The notes under the pieces: model-generated
Database searches by the model: none
Told to the model about the DNA's origin: nothing
What the model saw: only the letters and a program-made list of their open reading frames with translations
Shown: one piece after another, positions 39,301 to 54,107 of the stretch
How the letters are laid out: every line of letters starts with the position of its first letter
Position numbering within the stretch: the first letter of the stretch is position 1
Assembly (NCBI GenBank): GCA_030390025.1
Contig: JASTWF010000033.1
Span: forward strand, 5,706,001 to 5,770,000
Source of the DNA: Squalus acanthias
Lineage: Eukaryota
Length of the DNA stretch: 64,000 nt
Reading direction: 5' to 3'
Translations under genes and position numbers: made by a program

Positions 39301-42300
39301 GCTCCATTCACAGACTCAGACAGCTCCATTCACAGACCCAGACAGCTCCATTCACAGACACAGACAGCTCCATTCACAGACACAGACAGCTCCATTCACA
39401 GACTCAGACATCTCCATTCACAGACCCAGAGAGCTCCATTCACAGACCCAGGCAGCTCCTTTCACAGACCCAGGCAGCTCCATTCACAGACTTAGACGGC
39501 TCACTTCAAAGACTCAGAAAGCTCATGACACAGACCCAGACAGCTCCATTCACAGACTCAGACAGCTCCATTCACAGACCCAGACAGCTCCATTCACAGA
39601 CTCAGACAGCTCTATTCACAGAACCAGACAACTCCATTCTCAGACCCAGACAGCTAATTTCACAGACACAGACAGCTCCAATCAACGACCCAGCCAGTTC
39701 CATTCACAGACCCAGACAGCTCCATTGAAAGACACAGACAGTTCTATTCACAGAACCAGATAGATCATTTCACAGACCCAGACATCACCATTCACAGACC
39801 AAGACAGATCGTTTCACAGACTCAGAAAGCTCATTTGACTGTCCCAGACAGCTCCATTCACAGACCCAGACAGCTCACTTCACAGACCTAGACAGCCCCA
39901 TTCACAGATCCAGACAGCTCCATTCACAGACCCAGACAGTCCAAAGATGTGCGGGTTAGGTTGATTTGGCTATGATAAATTGACCCTTAGTGTTAGGGGG
40001 ATTAAATACGTGGGGTTACGGGGATAGGGTGGGATATGTGTCGGTGCAGGCTCGATGGGCCGAAATGGCCTCTATCTGCATTAGGGGATTCTGTGATTCT
40101 GTGATTTCACAGACCCAAACAGTTCCATTCACAGACATGGAAAGCTGATTTCAAAAACCAAGACAGCTCATTTCACAAACACAGAAAGTTCATTTCACAT
40201 ACCCAGACATTTCCCTTCACAGACCCAGACCACTCATTTCACAGATTCAGACAGCTCAATTCACAGACACAGACATCTCCATTCACAGAACGAGACAGCT
40301 CCATTCACAGACTCAGACAGCTCAATGCACAGACCCAGACATCTCCATTCACAGACCTAGACAACGCATTTCGCAGACTCCGAAAGCTCCATTCACAGAC
40401 CCATGCAGCTCCATTCACAGACCCAGACAACTCATTGCACAGACCCAGACAGCCCATTCACATACCCTGACATCACAATTCACAGAGGCACACAGCTCCA
40501 TTCACAGACTCAGACAGCTCCATTCACAGACCCAGACAGCTCCATTCACAGACCCAGAAAGCTCCATTCACAGACCCAGACAGCTCCATTCACAGACCCA
40601 GACATCTCCATTCACAGACTCAGACAGCTCCATTCACAGACCCAGACAGCTCTATTCACAGACCCAGAAAGCTCCATTCACAGACCCAGACAGCTCCATT
40701 CACAGACCCAGACAGCTCCATTCACAGACCCAGACAGCCCATTCACAGACACAGATATCTCCATTCACAGATCCAAACAGCTCCATTCACAGACTCAGAC
40801 AGCTCCATTCACAGACACAGACAGCTCCATTCACAGACCCAGACAGCTCCATTTACAGACCCAGACAGCTCCATTTATAGACCCAAACAGCTCCATTCAC
40901 AGACCAAAACAGCTCCATTTACAGACCCAGACAGCTCCATTTACAGCCACAGACAGCTCCATTTACAGACCCAGACAGCTCCATTTACAAACTCTGACAG
41001 CTCAATTCACAGACAAAGACAGCTCCATTCACAGAAACAGACAGCTCCATTCACAGACCCAGACAGCTCCATTTACAGACTCTGACAGCTCAATTCACAG
41101 ACACAGACAGCTCCATTCAAAGACACAGACAGCTCATTTCATCGACCAAGACAGCTCCATTTACAGACTCTGACAGCTCAATTCACAGACACAGACAGCT
41201 CCATTCAAAGACACAGACAACTCCATTCACGGACCCAGACAGCACATTTCACAGACGCAGAAAGCATATTTCACTGACCCAGAGAGCTCCATTCAGAGAG
41301 TCAGACAGCTCCATTTACAGACCCAGACAGCTCCATTGAAGATAGTTCTTCGACCTGAAACGTTAACTCTGTTTCTTTCTCCACGGATTGTGCCTGGCCC
41401 GCAGAGTTTTCCAGCGTTTTCTGTTGTTAGATTCATTCACAGATTCAGACAGCTCCATTCACAGACTCAGAAAGTTCATTTCAGAGACCGAGATAGCACC
41501 ATTCACAGACACAGACAGTTGCATTCACAGACCCAGACAGCACCATTCACAGACATAGACAGTTACATTCAGAGACCCAGACAATTCTATTCACAGACCC
41601 AGACAGCTCCATTAAGAGACTCAGACAGCTCCATTCACAGATCCAGACAGCTCCATTCACAAACACAGACAGTTCCATTCAGAAACTCAGACAGCTCCAT
41701 TCACAGACTCCGAAAGTTTATTTCACAGATCCAGACAGCTCCATTCACAGACCAAGACAGATCAATTCATAGACCCAGACAGCTCAATTCACAGACTCAG
41801 ACAGCTCCATTCACAGAAACAGATAGCAACATTCACAGACATGGAAAGCTGATTTGAAATAAACAGACAGCTCATTTCACGAACAGATTCAGACAATTCA
41901 TTTGACAGACCCAGACATCTCCATTCAGAGACTCAGAAAGCTCATTTCAGACACTCAGACAGCTCCATTCAAAGATCCAGACGGCTGACTTCAAAGACTC
42001 TGAAAGCTCAGGTCACAGACCCAGACAGCTCCATTAACAACGTCAGACAGCTCTATTCACAGACCCAGACATCTCCATTTTCAGACCCAGACAGCACATT
42101 TCCCAGACCCAGACAGCTCATTCACAGACACAGAAAGTTCCATTCACAGATCCAGACAGCTCCATTCACAAACCCAGACAGCTCCATTCACATACCTAGA
42201 CAGCTCATTCACCGACACAGATAGCTCCATTCACAGACCCAAACAGCACCATTCACAGACACAGACAGCTCCATTCACAGATCCAGACAGCTCCATTCAC

Positions 42301-45300
42301 AGAACCAGACAGCTCCATTCACAGACCCAGACAGCTCCATTCACAGACACAGACAGCTCCATTCACAGACCCAGACAGCCCATTCACATACCCTGACATC
42401 ACAATTCACAGAGGCACACAGCTCCATTCACAGACTCAGACAGCTCCATTCACATACCCAGACAGCTCCATTCACAGACCCAGACATCTCCATTCACAGA
42501 CTCAGACAGCTCCATTCACAGACCCAGACAGCTCTATTCACAGACCCAGAAAGCTCCATTCACAGACCCAGACAGCTCCATTCACAGACCCAGACAGCTC
42601 CATTCACAGACCCAGACAGCCCATTCACAGACACAGATATCTCCATTCACAGATCCAAATAGCTCCATTCACAGACTCAGACAGCTCCATTCACAGACAC
42701 AGACAGCTCCATTCACAGACCCAGACAGCTCCATTTACAGACCCAGACAGCTCCATTTATAGACCCAAACAGCTCCATTCGCAGACCAAAACAGCTCCAT
42801 TTACAGACCCAGACAGCTCCATTTACAGCCACAGACAGCTCCATTTACAGACCCAGACAGCTCCATTTACAAACTCTGACAGCTCAATTCACAGACAAAG
42901 ACAGCTCCATTCACAGAAACAGACAGCTCCATTCACAGACCCAGACAGCTCCATTTACAGACTCTGACAGCTCAATTCACAGACACAGACAGCTCCATTC
43001 AAAGACACAGACAGCTCATTTCATCGACCAAGACAGCTCCATTTACAGACTCTGAAAGCTCAATTCACAGACACAGACAGCTCCATTCAAAGACACAGAC
43101 AACTCCATTCACGGACCCAGACAGCACATTTCACAGACGCAGAAAGCGTATTTCACTGACCCAGAGAGCTCCATTCAGAGAGTCAGACAGCTCCATTTAC
43201 AGACCCAGACAGCTCCATTGAAGATAGTTCTTCGACCTGATACGTTAACTCTGTTTCTTTCTCCACGGATTGTGCCTGGCCCGCAGAGTTTTCCAGCGTT
43301 TTCTGTTGTTAGATTCATTCACAGATTCAGACAGCTCCATTCACAGACTCAGAAAGTTCATTTCAGAGACCGAGATAGCACCATTCACAGACACAGACAG
43401 TTGCATTCACAGACCCAGACAGCACCATTCACAGACATAGACAGTTACATTCAGAGACCCAGACAATTCTATTCACAGACCCAGACAGCTCCATTAAGAG
43501 ACTCAGTAAGCTCCATTCACAGATCCAGACAGCTCCATTCACAAACACAGACAGTTCCATTCAGAAACTCAGACAGCTCCATTCACAGACTCCGAAAGTT
43601 TATTTCACAGATCCAGACAGCTCCATTCACAGACCAAGACAGATCAATTCATAGACCCAGACAGATCAATTCACAGACTCAGACAGCTCAATTCACAGAC
43701 TCAGACAGCTCCATTCACAGAAACAGATAGCAACATTCACAGACATGGAAAGCTGATTTGAAATAAACAGACAGCTCATTTCACGAACAGATTCAGACAA
43801 TTCATTTGACAGACCCAGACATCTCCATTCAGAGACTCAGAAAGCTCATTTCAGACACTCAGACAGCTCCATTCAAAGATCCAGACGGCTGACTTCAAAG
43901 ACTCTGAAAGCTCAGGTCACAGACCCAGACAGCTCCATTAACAACGTCAGACAGCTCTATTCACAGACCCAGACATCTCCATTTTCAGACCCAGACAGCA
44001 CATTTCCCAGACCCAGACAGCTCATTCACAGACACAGAAAGTTCCATTCACAGATCCAGACAGCTCCATTCACAGACCCAGACAGCTCCATTCACATACC
44101 TAGACAGCTCATTCACCGACACAGATAGCTCCATTCACAGACCCAAACAGCACCATTCACAGACACAGACAGCTCCATTCACAGATCCAGACAGCTCCAT
44201 TCACAGAACCAGACAGCTCCATTCACAGACCCAGACAGCTCCATTCACAGACACAGACAGCTCCATTCACAGACCCAGACAGCTCCATTCACAGACCCAA
44301 TACAGCTCCATTCACAGACACAGAGAGCTCCATTCACAGACCCAGACAGCTCCATTTAAAGACTCAGACAGCTTCAGTCACAGACCCAGACAACTCCATT
44401 CACAGACACAGACAGCTCCATTCACAGACCCAGACAGCTCCATTCACAGACCCAAACAGCTCCATTCACAGACACAGAGAGCTCCATTCACAGACCCAGA
44501 CAGCTCCATTCACAGACACAGACAGCTCCATTCACAGAAAAAGACAGCTCATTTACAGACCCAGACAGCTCCATTTACAGACCCAGACAGCTCCATTTAC
44601 AGACACTGACAAATCAATTCACAGACACAGACAGCTACATTCAGAGACCCAGACAGCTCCATTTACAGACTCCGACAGCTCCATTCACAGACCCAAACAG
44701 CTCATTTCACTGACCCAGACAGCTCCATTTACAGACCCAGACAGCTCCATTTACGATAGGTCTTCGACCTGAAACGTTAACTCTGTTTCTCTCTCCACGG
44801 ATTGTGCCTGGCCTGCAGAGTTTTCCAGCGTTTTCTGTTGTTAGATTCATTCACAGATTCAGACAGCTGCATTCACAGACTCAGAAAGTTCATTTCAGAG
44901 ACCTAGATAAAACAATTCACAGACACAGACAGTTCCATTCAGAGACCCAGACAGCTCCATTCACAGACTCCGAAAGTTCATTTCACAGATCCAGACAGCT
45001 CCATTCACAGACCCAGACAGATCCATTCACAGACTCAGACAGCTCAATTCACAGACCCAGACAAATCCATTCACAAACCCAGACAGATCCATATACAGAC
45101 ATGGAAAGCTGATTTGAAAATAACAGACAGCTCATTTCACGAACAGATTCAGACAATTCATTTGACAGACCCAGACATCTCCATTCAGAGACTCAGTAAG
45201 CTCATTTCAGACACTCAGACAGATCCATTCAAAGATCCAGACGGCTGACTTCAAAGACTCTGAAAGCTCAGGTCACAGACCCAGACAGCTCCATTAACAA

Positions 45301-48300
45301 CGTCAGACAGCTCTATTCACAGACCCAGACAACTCCATTTTCAGACCCAGACAGCACATTTCCCAGACCCAGACAGCTCATTCACAGACACAGAAAGTTC
45401 CATTCACAGATCCAGACAGCTCCATTCACAGACCCAGACAGCTCCATTCACATACCTAGACAGCTCATTCACCGACACAGATAGCTCCATTCACAGACCC
45501 AAACAGCACCATTCACAGACACAGACAGCTCCATTCACAGATCCAGACAGCTCCATTCACAGAACCAGACAGCTCCATTCACAGACCCAGACAGCTCCAT
45601 TCACAGACACAGACAGCTCCATTCACAGACCCAGACAGCTCCATTCACAGACCCAAACAGCTCCATTCACAGACACAGAGAGCTCCATTCACAGACCCAG
45701 ACAGCTCCATTTAAAGACTCAGACAGCTTCAGTCACAGACCCAGACAACTCCATTCACAGACTCAGACAGCTCCATTCACAGACCAAGACAGCTCATTCA
45801 CAGACGCAGACAGCTCCATTCACAGACACAGACAGCTCCATTCACAGAAAAAGACAGCTCATTTACAGACCCAGACAGCTCCATTTACAGACCCAGACAG
45901 CTCCATTTACAGACACTGACAAATCAATTCACAGACACAGACAGCTACATTCAGAGACCCAGACAGCTCCATTTACAGACTCCGACAGCTCCATTCACAG
46001 ACCCAAACAGCTCATTTCACTGACCCAGACAGCTCCATTTACAGACCCAGACAGCTCCATTTACGATAGGTCTTCGACCTGAAACGTTAACTCTGTTTCT
46101 CTCTCCACGGATTGTGCCTGGCCTGCAGAGTTTTCCAGCGTTTTCTGTTGTTAGATTCATTCACAGATTCAGACAGCTGCATTCACAGACTCAGAAAGTT
46201 CATTTCAGAGACCTAGATAAAACAATTCACAGACACAGACAGTTCCATTCAGAGACCCAGACAGCTCCATTCACAGACTCCGAAAGTTCATTTCACAGAT
46301 CCAGACAGCTCCATTCACAGACCCAGACAGATCCATTCACAGACTCAGACAGCTCAATTCACAGACCCAGACAAATCCATTCACAAACCCAGACAGATCC
46401 ATATACAGACATGGAAAGCTGATTTGAAAATAACAGACAGCTCATTTCACGAACAGATTCAGACAATTCATTTGACAGACCCAGACATCTCCATTCAGAG
46501 ACTCAGTAAGCTCATTTCAGACACTCAGACAGATCCATTCAAAGATCCAGACGGCTGACTTCAAAGACTCTGAAAGCTCAGGTCACAGACCCAGACAGCT
46601 CCATTAACAACGTCAGACAGCTCTATTCACAGACCCAGACAACTCCATTTTCAGACCCAGACAGCACATTTCCCTGACCCAGACAGCTCATTCACAGACA
46701 CAGACAGTTCCATTCATAGATCCAGTGAGCTCCATTTACAGACTCAGACAGCTCCATTCACAGACCCAGACAGCTCCATTCACAGACCCAGACAGCTCAT
46801 TCACCGACACAGATAGCTCCATTCACAGATCCAGACAGCTCATTCACAGACACAGATAACTCCATTCACAGACCCAAACAGCACCATTCACAAACTCAGA
46901 CAGCTCCATTTACAGACCCAGACAGCTCCATTCACAGACCCAGACAGCTCCATTCACAGACCTAGACAGCTCCATTCACAGATTCAGACAGCTCCATTCA
47001 CAGACACCGACAGCTCATTTCATCGACCAAGACAGCTCCATTTACAGACTCTGACAGCTCCATTCACAGACCCAGTCAGCTTCATTCACGGACCCAGGCA
47101 GCTGATTTCACAGACCCAGACAGCACATTTCACAGACGGAGAAAGCATATTTCACTGACCCAGAGAGCTCCATTCACGGAGTCAGACAGCTCCATTTACA
47201 GACCCAGACAGCTCCATTGAAGATAGTTCTTCGACCTGAAACGTGAACTCTGTTTCTCTCTCCACGGATTGTGCCTGGCCCGCTGAGTTTTCCAACGTTT
47301 TCTGTTGTTAGATTCATTCACAGATTCAGACAGCTCCATTCACAGACTCAGAAAGTTCATTTCAGAGACCTAGATAGCACCATTCACAGACACAGACAGT
47401 TCCATTCACAGACTCAGTTAGCTCAATTCGCAGACCCAGACAACTCCATTCACAAACCCAGACAGCTCCATTTACAGACATGGAAAGCTGATTTGAAAAT
47501 AACAGGCAGCTCATTTCACGAACAGATTCAGACAATTCATTCACAGACCCAGACAGCTCCATTCACAGACCCAGACAGCTCCATTCACAAACCCAAACAG
47601 CAACATTCACAGACTCAGACAGCTCAATTCACAGACACAGACAGCTCATTCACAGACTCAGACAGCTCCATTCACAGACCCAAACAGCACCATTCGCAGA
47701 CTCAGACAGCTCCATTCACTGACCCAGACAGCTCCATTCACAGACCCAGACAGCTCCATTCACAGACCCAGACAGCTCCTTTCACAGACCCAGACAGATC
47801 CATTCACAGACTCAGTCAGCTCCATTCACAGACCCAGACAGTTCAATTCAGAGAACCAGAGAGCTCCATTCACAGACTCAGACAGCTCCATTCACAGACC
47901 CAGACAGTTTCATTCAGAGACCCAGACAGCTCCATTCACAGACCCAGATCGCTCCATTCAGAGACTCAGACAGCTCCATTCACAGACTCAGACATCTCCT
48001 TTCACAGACCCAGACAGATCCATTCACAGACTCAGGCAGCAACATTCACAGACATGGAAAGCTAATTTGAAAAAAACAGACAGCTCATTTCACGAACAGA
48101 TTCAGACAATTCATTTGACAGACCCAGACATCTGCATTCAGAAACTCAAAAAGCTCATTTCAGACACTCAGACAGCTCCATTCAAAGATCCAGACGGCTG
48201 ACTTCAAAGACTCTGAAAGCTCAGGTCACTGACCCAGACAGCTCCATTAACAAAGTCAGACAGCTCTATTCACAGACCCAGACAACTCCATTTTCAGACC

Positions 48301-50082
48301 CAGAAAGCACATTTCACAGATCCAGTCAGCTCATTCACAGACAAAGACAGTTCCATTCACAGATCCAGACAGCTCCATTTACAGACTCAGACAGCTCCAT
48401 TCACAGACCCAGACAGCTCCATTCACAGACCCAGACAGCTCATTCACAGACACAGATAGCTCCATTCACAGACACAGACAGTTCCATTCACAGTTCCAGA
48501 CAGCTCCATTCACAGAACCAGACAGCTCCATTCACAGACCCAGACTGCTCATTCACAGACACAGATAGCTCCATTCACAGACTCAGAGAGCTCCATTCAC
48601 AGACCCAGACAGCTCCATTCACAAACCCAAACAGCAACATTCACAGACTCAGACAGCTCAATTCACAGACACAGACAGCTCATTCACAGACTCAGACAGC
48701 TCCATTCACAGACCCAAACAGCACCATTCGCAGACTCAGACAGCTCCATTCACTGACCCAGACAGCTCCATTCACAGACCCAGACAGCTCCATTCACAGA
48801 CCCAGACAGCTCCTTTCACAGACCCAGACAGATCCATTCACAGACTCAGTCAGCTCCATTCACAGACCCAGACAGTTCAATTCAGAGAACCAGAGAGCTC
48901 CATTCACAGACTCAGACAGCTCCATTCACAGACCCAGACAGTTTCATTCAGAGACCCAGACAGCTCCATTCACAGACCCAGATCGCTCCATTCAGAGACT
49001 CAGACAGCTCCATTCACAGACTCAGACATCTCCTTTCACAGACCCAGACAGATCCATTCACAGACTCAGGCAGCAACATTCACAGACATGGAAAGCTAAT
49101 TTGAAAAAAACAGACAGCTCATTTCACGAACAGATTCAGACAATTCATTTGACAGACCCAGACATCTGCATTCAGAAACTCAAAAAGCTCATTTCAGACA
49201 CTCAGACAGCTCCATTCAAAGATCCAGACGGCTGACTTCAAAGACTCTGAAAGCTCAGGTCACTGACCCAGACAGCTCCATTAACAAAGTCAGACAGCTC
49301 TATTCACAGACCCAGACAACTCCATTTTCAGACCCAGAAAGCACATTTCACAGATCCAGTCAGCTTATTCACAGACAAAGACAGTTCCATTCACAGATCC
49401 AGACAGCTCCATTTACAGACTCAGACAGCTCCATTCACAGACCCAGACAGCTCCATTCACAGACCCAGACAGCTCATTCACAGACACAGATAGCTCCATT
49501 CACAGACACAGACAGTTCCATTCACAGTTCCAGACAGCTCCATTCACAGAACCAGACAGCTCCATTCACAGACCCAGACTGCTCATTCACAGACACAGAT
49601 AGCTCCATTCACAGACTCAGAGAGCTCCATTCACAGACCCAGACAGCTCATTCACAGACACAGACAGTTCCATTCACAGATCCAGACAGCTCCATTCACA
49701 GACACAGACAGCTCCATTCAAAGACCCAAACAGCTCCATTAACAGACCCAGACAGCTCCATTTACAGACTCTGACAGCTCAATTCACCGACACAGACTTC
49801 TCTATTCAGAGACCCAGACAGCTCCATTTACAGACTCTCGCAGCTCCATTCACAGACCCACACAGCTCGATTTACAGACCCAGACAGCTCCATTCACAGA
49901 CCCAGACAGCTCCATTCACAGACTCAGACAGCTCCATTCTCAGACGCAGACAGCTCCATCCACAGAACCAGACATCTCCATTCACAGACTCAGACAGCTC
50001 CATTCACAGACCCAGACCACTCCATTCACAGATCCAGACAGCTCCATTCACAGAACCAGACAGCTCCATTCACAGACCCCAG

Positions 50083-52731
50083 ATGTGGAATCAATATGGG
50101 TTGAGCTGCAGAACACCAAAGGGCAGAAAACGTTAGTGGGGGTTGTGTACAGACCTCCAAACAGTAGTAGTGAGGTGGAGGAGTGTATGAAACAGGAAAT
50201 CAGAGGTGCATGCAAAAAAGGCGCAGCAGTTATCATGGGTGACTTTAATATGCATATAGATTGGGCTACACAAACTGGAAGCAATACGGTGGAGGAGGAT
50301 TTCCTGGAGTGTCTAAGGGATGGTTTCCTAAACCAATATGTTGAGGAACCAACTAGAGGGGAGGCCATCCTGGACTGGGTGTTGTGTAATGAGGAAGGAC
50401 TAATTAGCAATCTTCTGGTGCGAGGCCCCTTGGGGAAGAGTGACCATAGTATGGTGGAGTTCTACATTAGGATGGAGAAGGAAACAGTTAACTCAGAGAC
50501 CATGGTCCAGAACTTAAATAAGGGCAACTTTGAGGGTATGAGGCGTGAATAGGCGAGGTTAGATTGGCAAGCGATATTTAAGGGGTTATCAGTGGAAGGG
50601 CAATGGCAGACATTTAGAGACCGCATGGATGAACTACAGCAATTGTACATCCCTGTCTGGCGTAAAAATAAAAAAGGGAAGGTGGCTCAACCATGGCTAA
50701 CTAGGGAAATCAGGTATAGTATTAAAAGCAAGGATGTGGCATACAAATTGGCCAGAAGTAGCAGCAAACCCGGGGACTGGGAGAACTTTAAAACTCAGCA
50801 GAGGAGGACGAAGGATTTGATTAGGGCAGGGAAAATAAAATATGAAAGGAAGCTTGCGGAGAACATTAAAACGGACTGCAAAAGCTTCTATAAATATGTA
50901 AAAAGAAAGAGGTTAGTAAAAACAAACGTAGGTCCCCTGCAGTCAGAAACAGGGGAAGTCATAATGGGGAACAAAGAAATGGCAGATCAATTGAACAAGT
51001 ACTTTGGTTCGGTGTTTACTGTGGAGGACACAAACAACCTTCCGAAAATAAAAGAGATCAAAGGATCTGGTAAGAGGGTGGAGCTGAGGGAAATCCTTAT
51101 CAGTCGGGAAAAGGTGTTGGGGAAATTGATGGGACTGAAGGCTGATAAATCCGCAGGGCCTGATGGCCTGCATCCCAGAGTACTTAAGGAGGTGGCCTTG
51201 GAAATAGTGGATGCATTGACGATCATTTTCCAACATTCCTTCGACTCTGGATCAGTTCCGAAGGAGTGGAGGGTGGCTAATGTAACCCCTCTTTTTAAAA
51301 AAGGAGGGAGGGAGAAAGCAGGGAATTATAGACCGGTCAGCCTGACATCGGTGGTGGGTAAAATGATGGAATCAATGATTAATATGTCATAACAGACCAT
51401 TTGGAAAGTGGCGACATGATAGGTCCAAGTCAGCATGGATTTGTGATAGGGAAATCATGCTTGACAAATCTTCTGGAATTTTTTGAGGATGTTTCCAATA
51501 GGGTGGACGGGGGGGAACCAGTAGATGTGGTGTATTTGGACTTTCAGAAGGCCTTCGACAAGGTCCCACACAAGAGATTGGTGTGCAAAGTTAAAGCACA
51601 TGGGATTGGGGGTAATGTGTTGACGTGGATTGAGAACTGGTTGGCACACAGGAAACAAAGAGCAGGAGTAAATGGGTACTTTTCAGAATGGCAGGCAGTG
51701 ACCAGCGGGGTACCGCAGGATTCGGTGCTGGGGCCGCAGCTGTTTACATTATATATTAATGATTTGGACGAAGGGATTAATTGTAATATCTCCAAATTTG
51801 CGGATGACACTAAATTGGGAGGCAGTGTGAAAAGTGAGGAGGATGCTAGGAGGCTACAGAGTGACTTGGACAGGTTGGGTGAATGGGCAAATGTATGGCA
51901 GATGAAGTACAATGTGGATAAATGTGAGGTTATCCACTTTGGTGGTAAAAATAGGGAGGCAGACAATTACCTGAATGGTGGCAGATTAGGGAATGGGGAG
52001 GTGCAAGGAGACCTGGGCGTCATGGTACATCAGTCACTGAAGGTGGGAAGGCAAGTGCAGCAGGCAGTCAAGAAAGCAAATGGCATGATGGCCTTCATAG
52101 CAAGGGGATTTGAGTACAGGAGTAGGGAGGTGATGCTACAGTTGTACAGGGCCTTGGTGAGGCCACACCTGGAGTATTGTGTGCAGTTTTGGTCTCCTAA
52201 CTTGAGGAAGGACATTCTTGCTATTGAGGGAGTGCAACGAAGGTTCACTAGATTGATTCCTGTGATGGCCAGACTGACATATCAAGAAAGACTGGATCAA
52301 CTGAACTTGTATCCTCTGGAGTTCAGAAGAATGAGGGGGGATCTTATAGAGACGTTTAAAATCCTGACTGGTTTAGACAAATTAGATGCGGGCAGAATGT
52401 TTCCAATGTTAGGGAAAACTAAAACCAGGGGTCACAGTCTAAGGATAAAGGGGAAGCCATTTAAGACTGAGATGAGGAGGAACTTCTTCACCCAGAGAGT
52501 GGCGAATCTGTGGAATTCTCTACCACAGAAGGTTGTTGAGGCCAGTTCGCTAAATATATTCAAAAGGGAGTTAGATATAATACTCACAACTAGGGGGATC
52601 AAGGGGTATGGCGAAAAAGCAGGAATGGGGTACTGAGGTAGCATGTTCAGCCATGAACGCATTGAATGGCGGTGCAGGCTCGAAGGACCGAATGGTCTAT
52701 TCCTGCACCTATTTTCTATGTTTCTATGTTT
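50083..52731 (+). mobile_element. CR1 LINE, 5'-truncated, ORF2 (part of EN + RT) with one stop (~50550) and one frameshift (~51390)
   Basis: VYRPPNS, MGDFN, EEPTRGEAILD, SDH, GPDGLHPRVLKE, NYRPVSLTS, YLDFQKAFDKVPH, KFADDTK; stop at 52634-52636; (TTTCTATG)2 tail. Confidence 0.96.
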
Positions 52732-52972
52732 CCTATTTCTAACTTCAGACGGCAGATCCCCCTCGAACTGCCTTTCTGCCGCTGTTAAACTATCCTTGAT
52801 TAACAATGCTACTCCTCCACCTTTCTTACCACCTTCCCTACTCTTACTGAAACATCTATACCCCGGAACTTCCAACAACCATTCCTGTCCCTGTTCCAAC
52901 CATGTCTCCGAAATGGCCACCACATCGTAGTCCCAAGTACCAATCCACGCTCCAAGTTTTCCTACCTTATTC
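52732..52972 (-). mobile_element. CR1 ORF2 endonuclease N-terminal fragment
   Basis: NKVGKLGAWIGTWDYDVVAISETWL...PGYRCF...KKGGGVALLIK. Confidence 0.85.
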
Positions 52973-53220
52973 TTACAAGAATTTTGTAAAAAGCAAATCT
53001 TCATTTATATATCAAGCCATTTGATATTTTTCTGGACTGGACTTTCTTGGGGAATGTTTGTGACGTGTTTCATGGCACATCCTGCTGTGGGATCTTACTC
53101 TCCCCTTAATCAAAACTCAAACAAGACAAGACATTTGTTAAAGAAAAGGTATATGTTATATTTTTTAAATTATTTTCAGAATAATACATTTGATTGTTTT
53201 CTGGTCTGGGCTTTATGAGG

Positions 53221-54039
53221 TGCAGTAACCAAAATTAAATCACACTTTAGGTTAATGTTAGAATATGTATAATATAGCATCAATGTACAGTGTTGAGTTG
53301 GCAAATTAATCCATGCCGAGTTAAACGGTAGACAGGTCTGTATTCATTGGACAAGACTAAGATGGTGGGAAATTAAACTGCAGAGTCATCTGCAGAGTAT
53401 GACTCGTGGGAAAATTAGGGAGGATACCTACTCAGCAAGGCAGGATAACACGCATACAAGATAACATACATAAGGATTGAGTGACGATGTGGCCCGAGGT
53501 GGCCTTCGCTTGTTTGTGAAGCTACAACATGGCTGACCAGAAGACAAAATGGCTTACATGAAAGTCAGGTTGAACTAATTATACTATGCTTGCTTTGCAA
53601 AAGTACATGAGCAGGTCACAAGGTCAGAATCTATGCTTTGAAGAGATTGTGACTCTCAGACTACACGAATAGATAAGAAAGAAGGCCACGATGATAGAGG
53701 GGTTGGGATAAGTCAATTAAGCAAAAACATGGTTGACTGCAGAATGTAGGAAGAAAGCATAAAAATGTCACGCGGTAGAAGTAATGGATATAATGGAATA
53801 CTAGACACCATGATGGATAAATTTGTACCCTCCCCTAGGGCAGGATGAGACTGATAAGATTGTGTATAAAAATGTAATTTACTAAGCTGTCGTTGGAGTC
53901 AGATCCAAGAGTGGTCTTGGAAGAGTCTCCCCAGGCCTGTGAATAAAGATCGTTTTGAACCATCATTCGAAGTCTGTCATCTGTACTGAAGCTAAGCGTC
54001 GACCTTGTATATCACTTGGTCCGCTGATTGCTTAGAACA
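53221..54039 (+). repeat. 5' LTR (TG...CA); TATAAA 53865-53870, AATAAA 53942-53947
   Basis: Direct repeat of 60983-62257 (excluding the insert); immediately followed by the PBS. Confidence 0.93.
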
Positions 54040-54041
54040 AT

Positions 54042-54059
54042 TGGCGTAGTTGGCAGGAT
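54042..54059 (+). promoter_or_regulatory. Primer-binding site for tRNA-Ser
   Basis: TGGCGTAGTTGGCAGGAT matches 17/18 the complement of the vertebrate tRNA-Ser(AGA/UGA) 3' end (TGGCGTAGTCGGCAGGAT, from memory); 2 nt after the LTR CA. Confidence 0.88.
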
Positions 54060-54098
54060 CACAGACTCTGACCAGTCCACAGGAACATTAATCTAAGA

Positions 54099-54107
54099 AG
54101 GGTGAGT
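54099..54107 (+). promoter_or_regulatory. Candidate major splice donor AGG|GTGAGT in the ERV leader
   Basis: Near-consensus 5' splice site ~40 nt after the PBS, the usual retroviral position. Confidence 0.6.

Larger units (their letters stand above)
33156..50082. repeat. 22-bp tandem satellite (CAGACAGCTCCATTCACAGACN) with 1.0-2.7 kb higher-order repeats
   Basis: 22-bp periodicity; embedded marker sequences recur at 2745, 2502, 2613, 1882 and 1310 bp spacing. Confidence 0.97.

Noticed and set aside
35156..48065. Long repetitive ORFs (HSQTQTAPFTDPDSSIHRPRQL)n
   Set aside because: Translation of a stop-poor 22-bp satellite; no evidence of a gene
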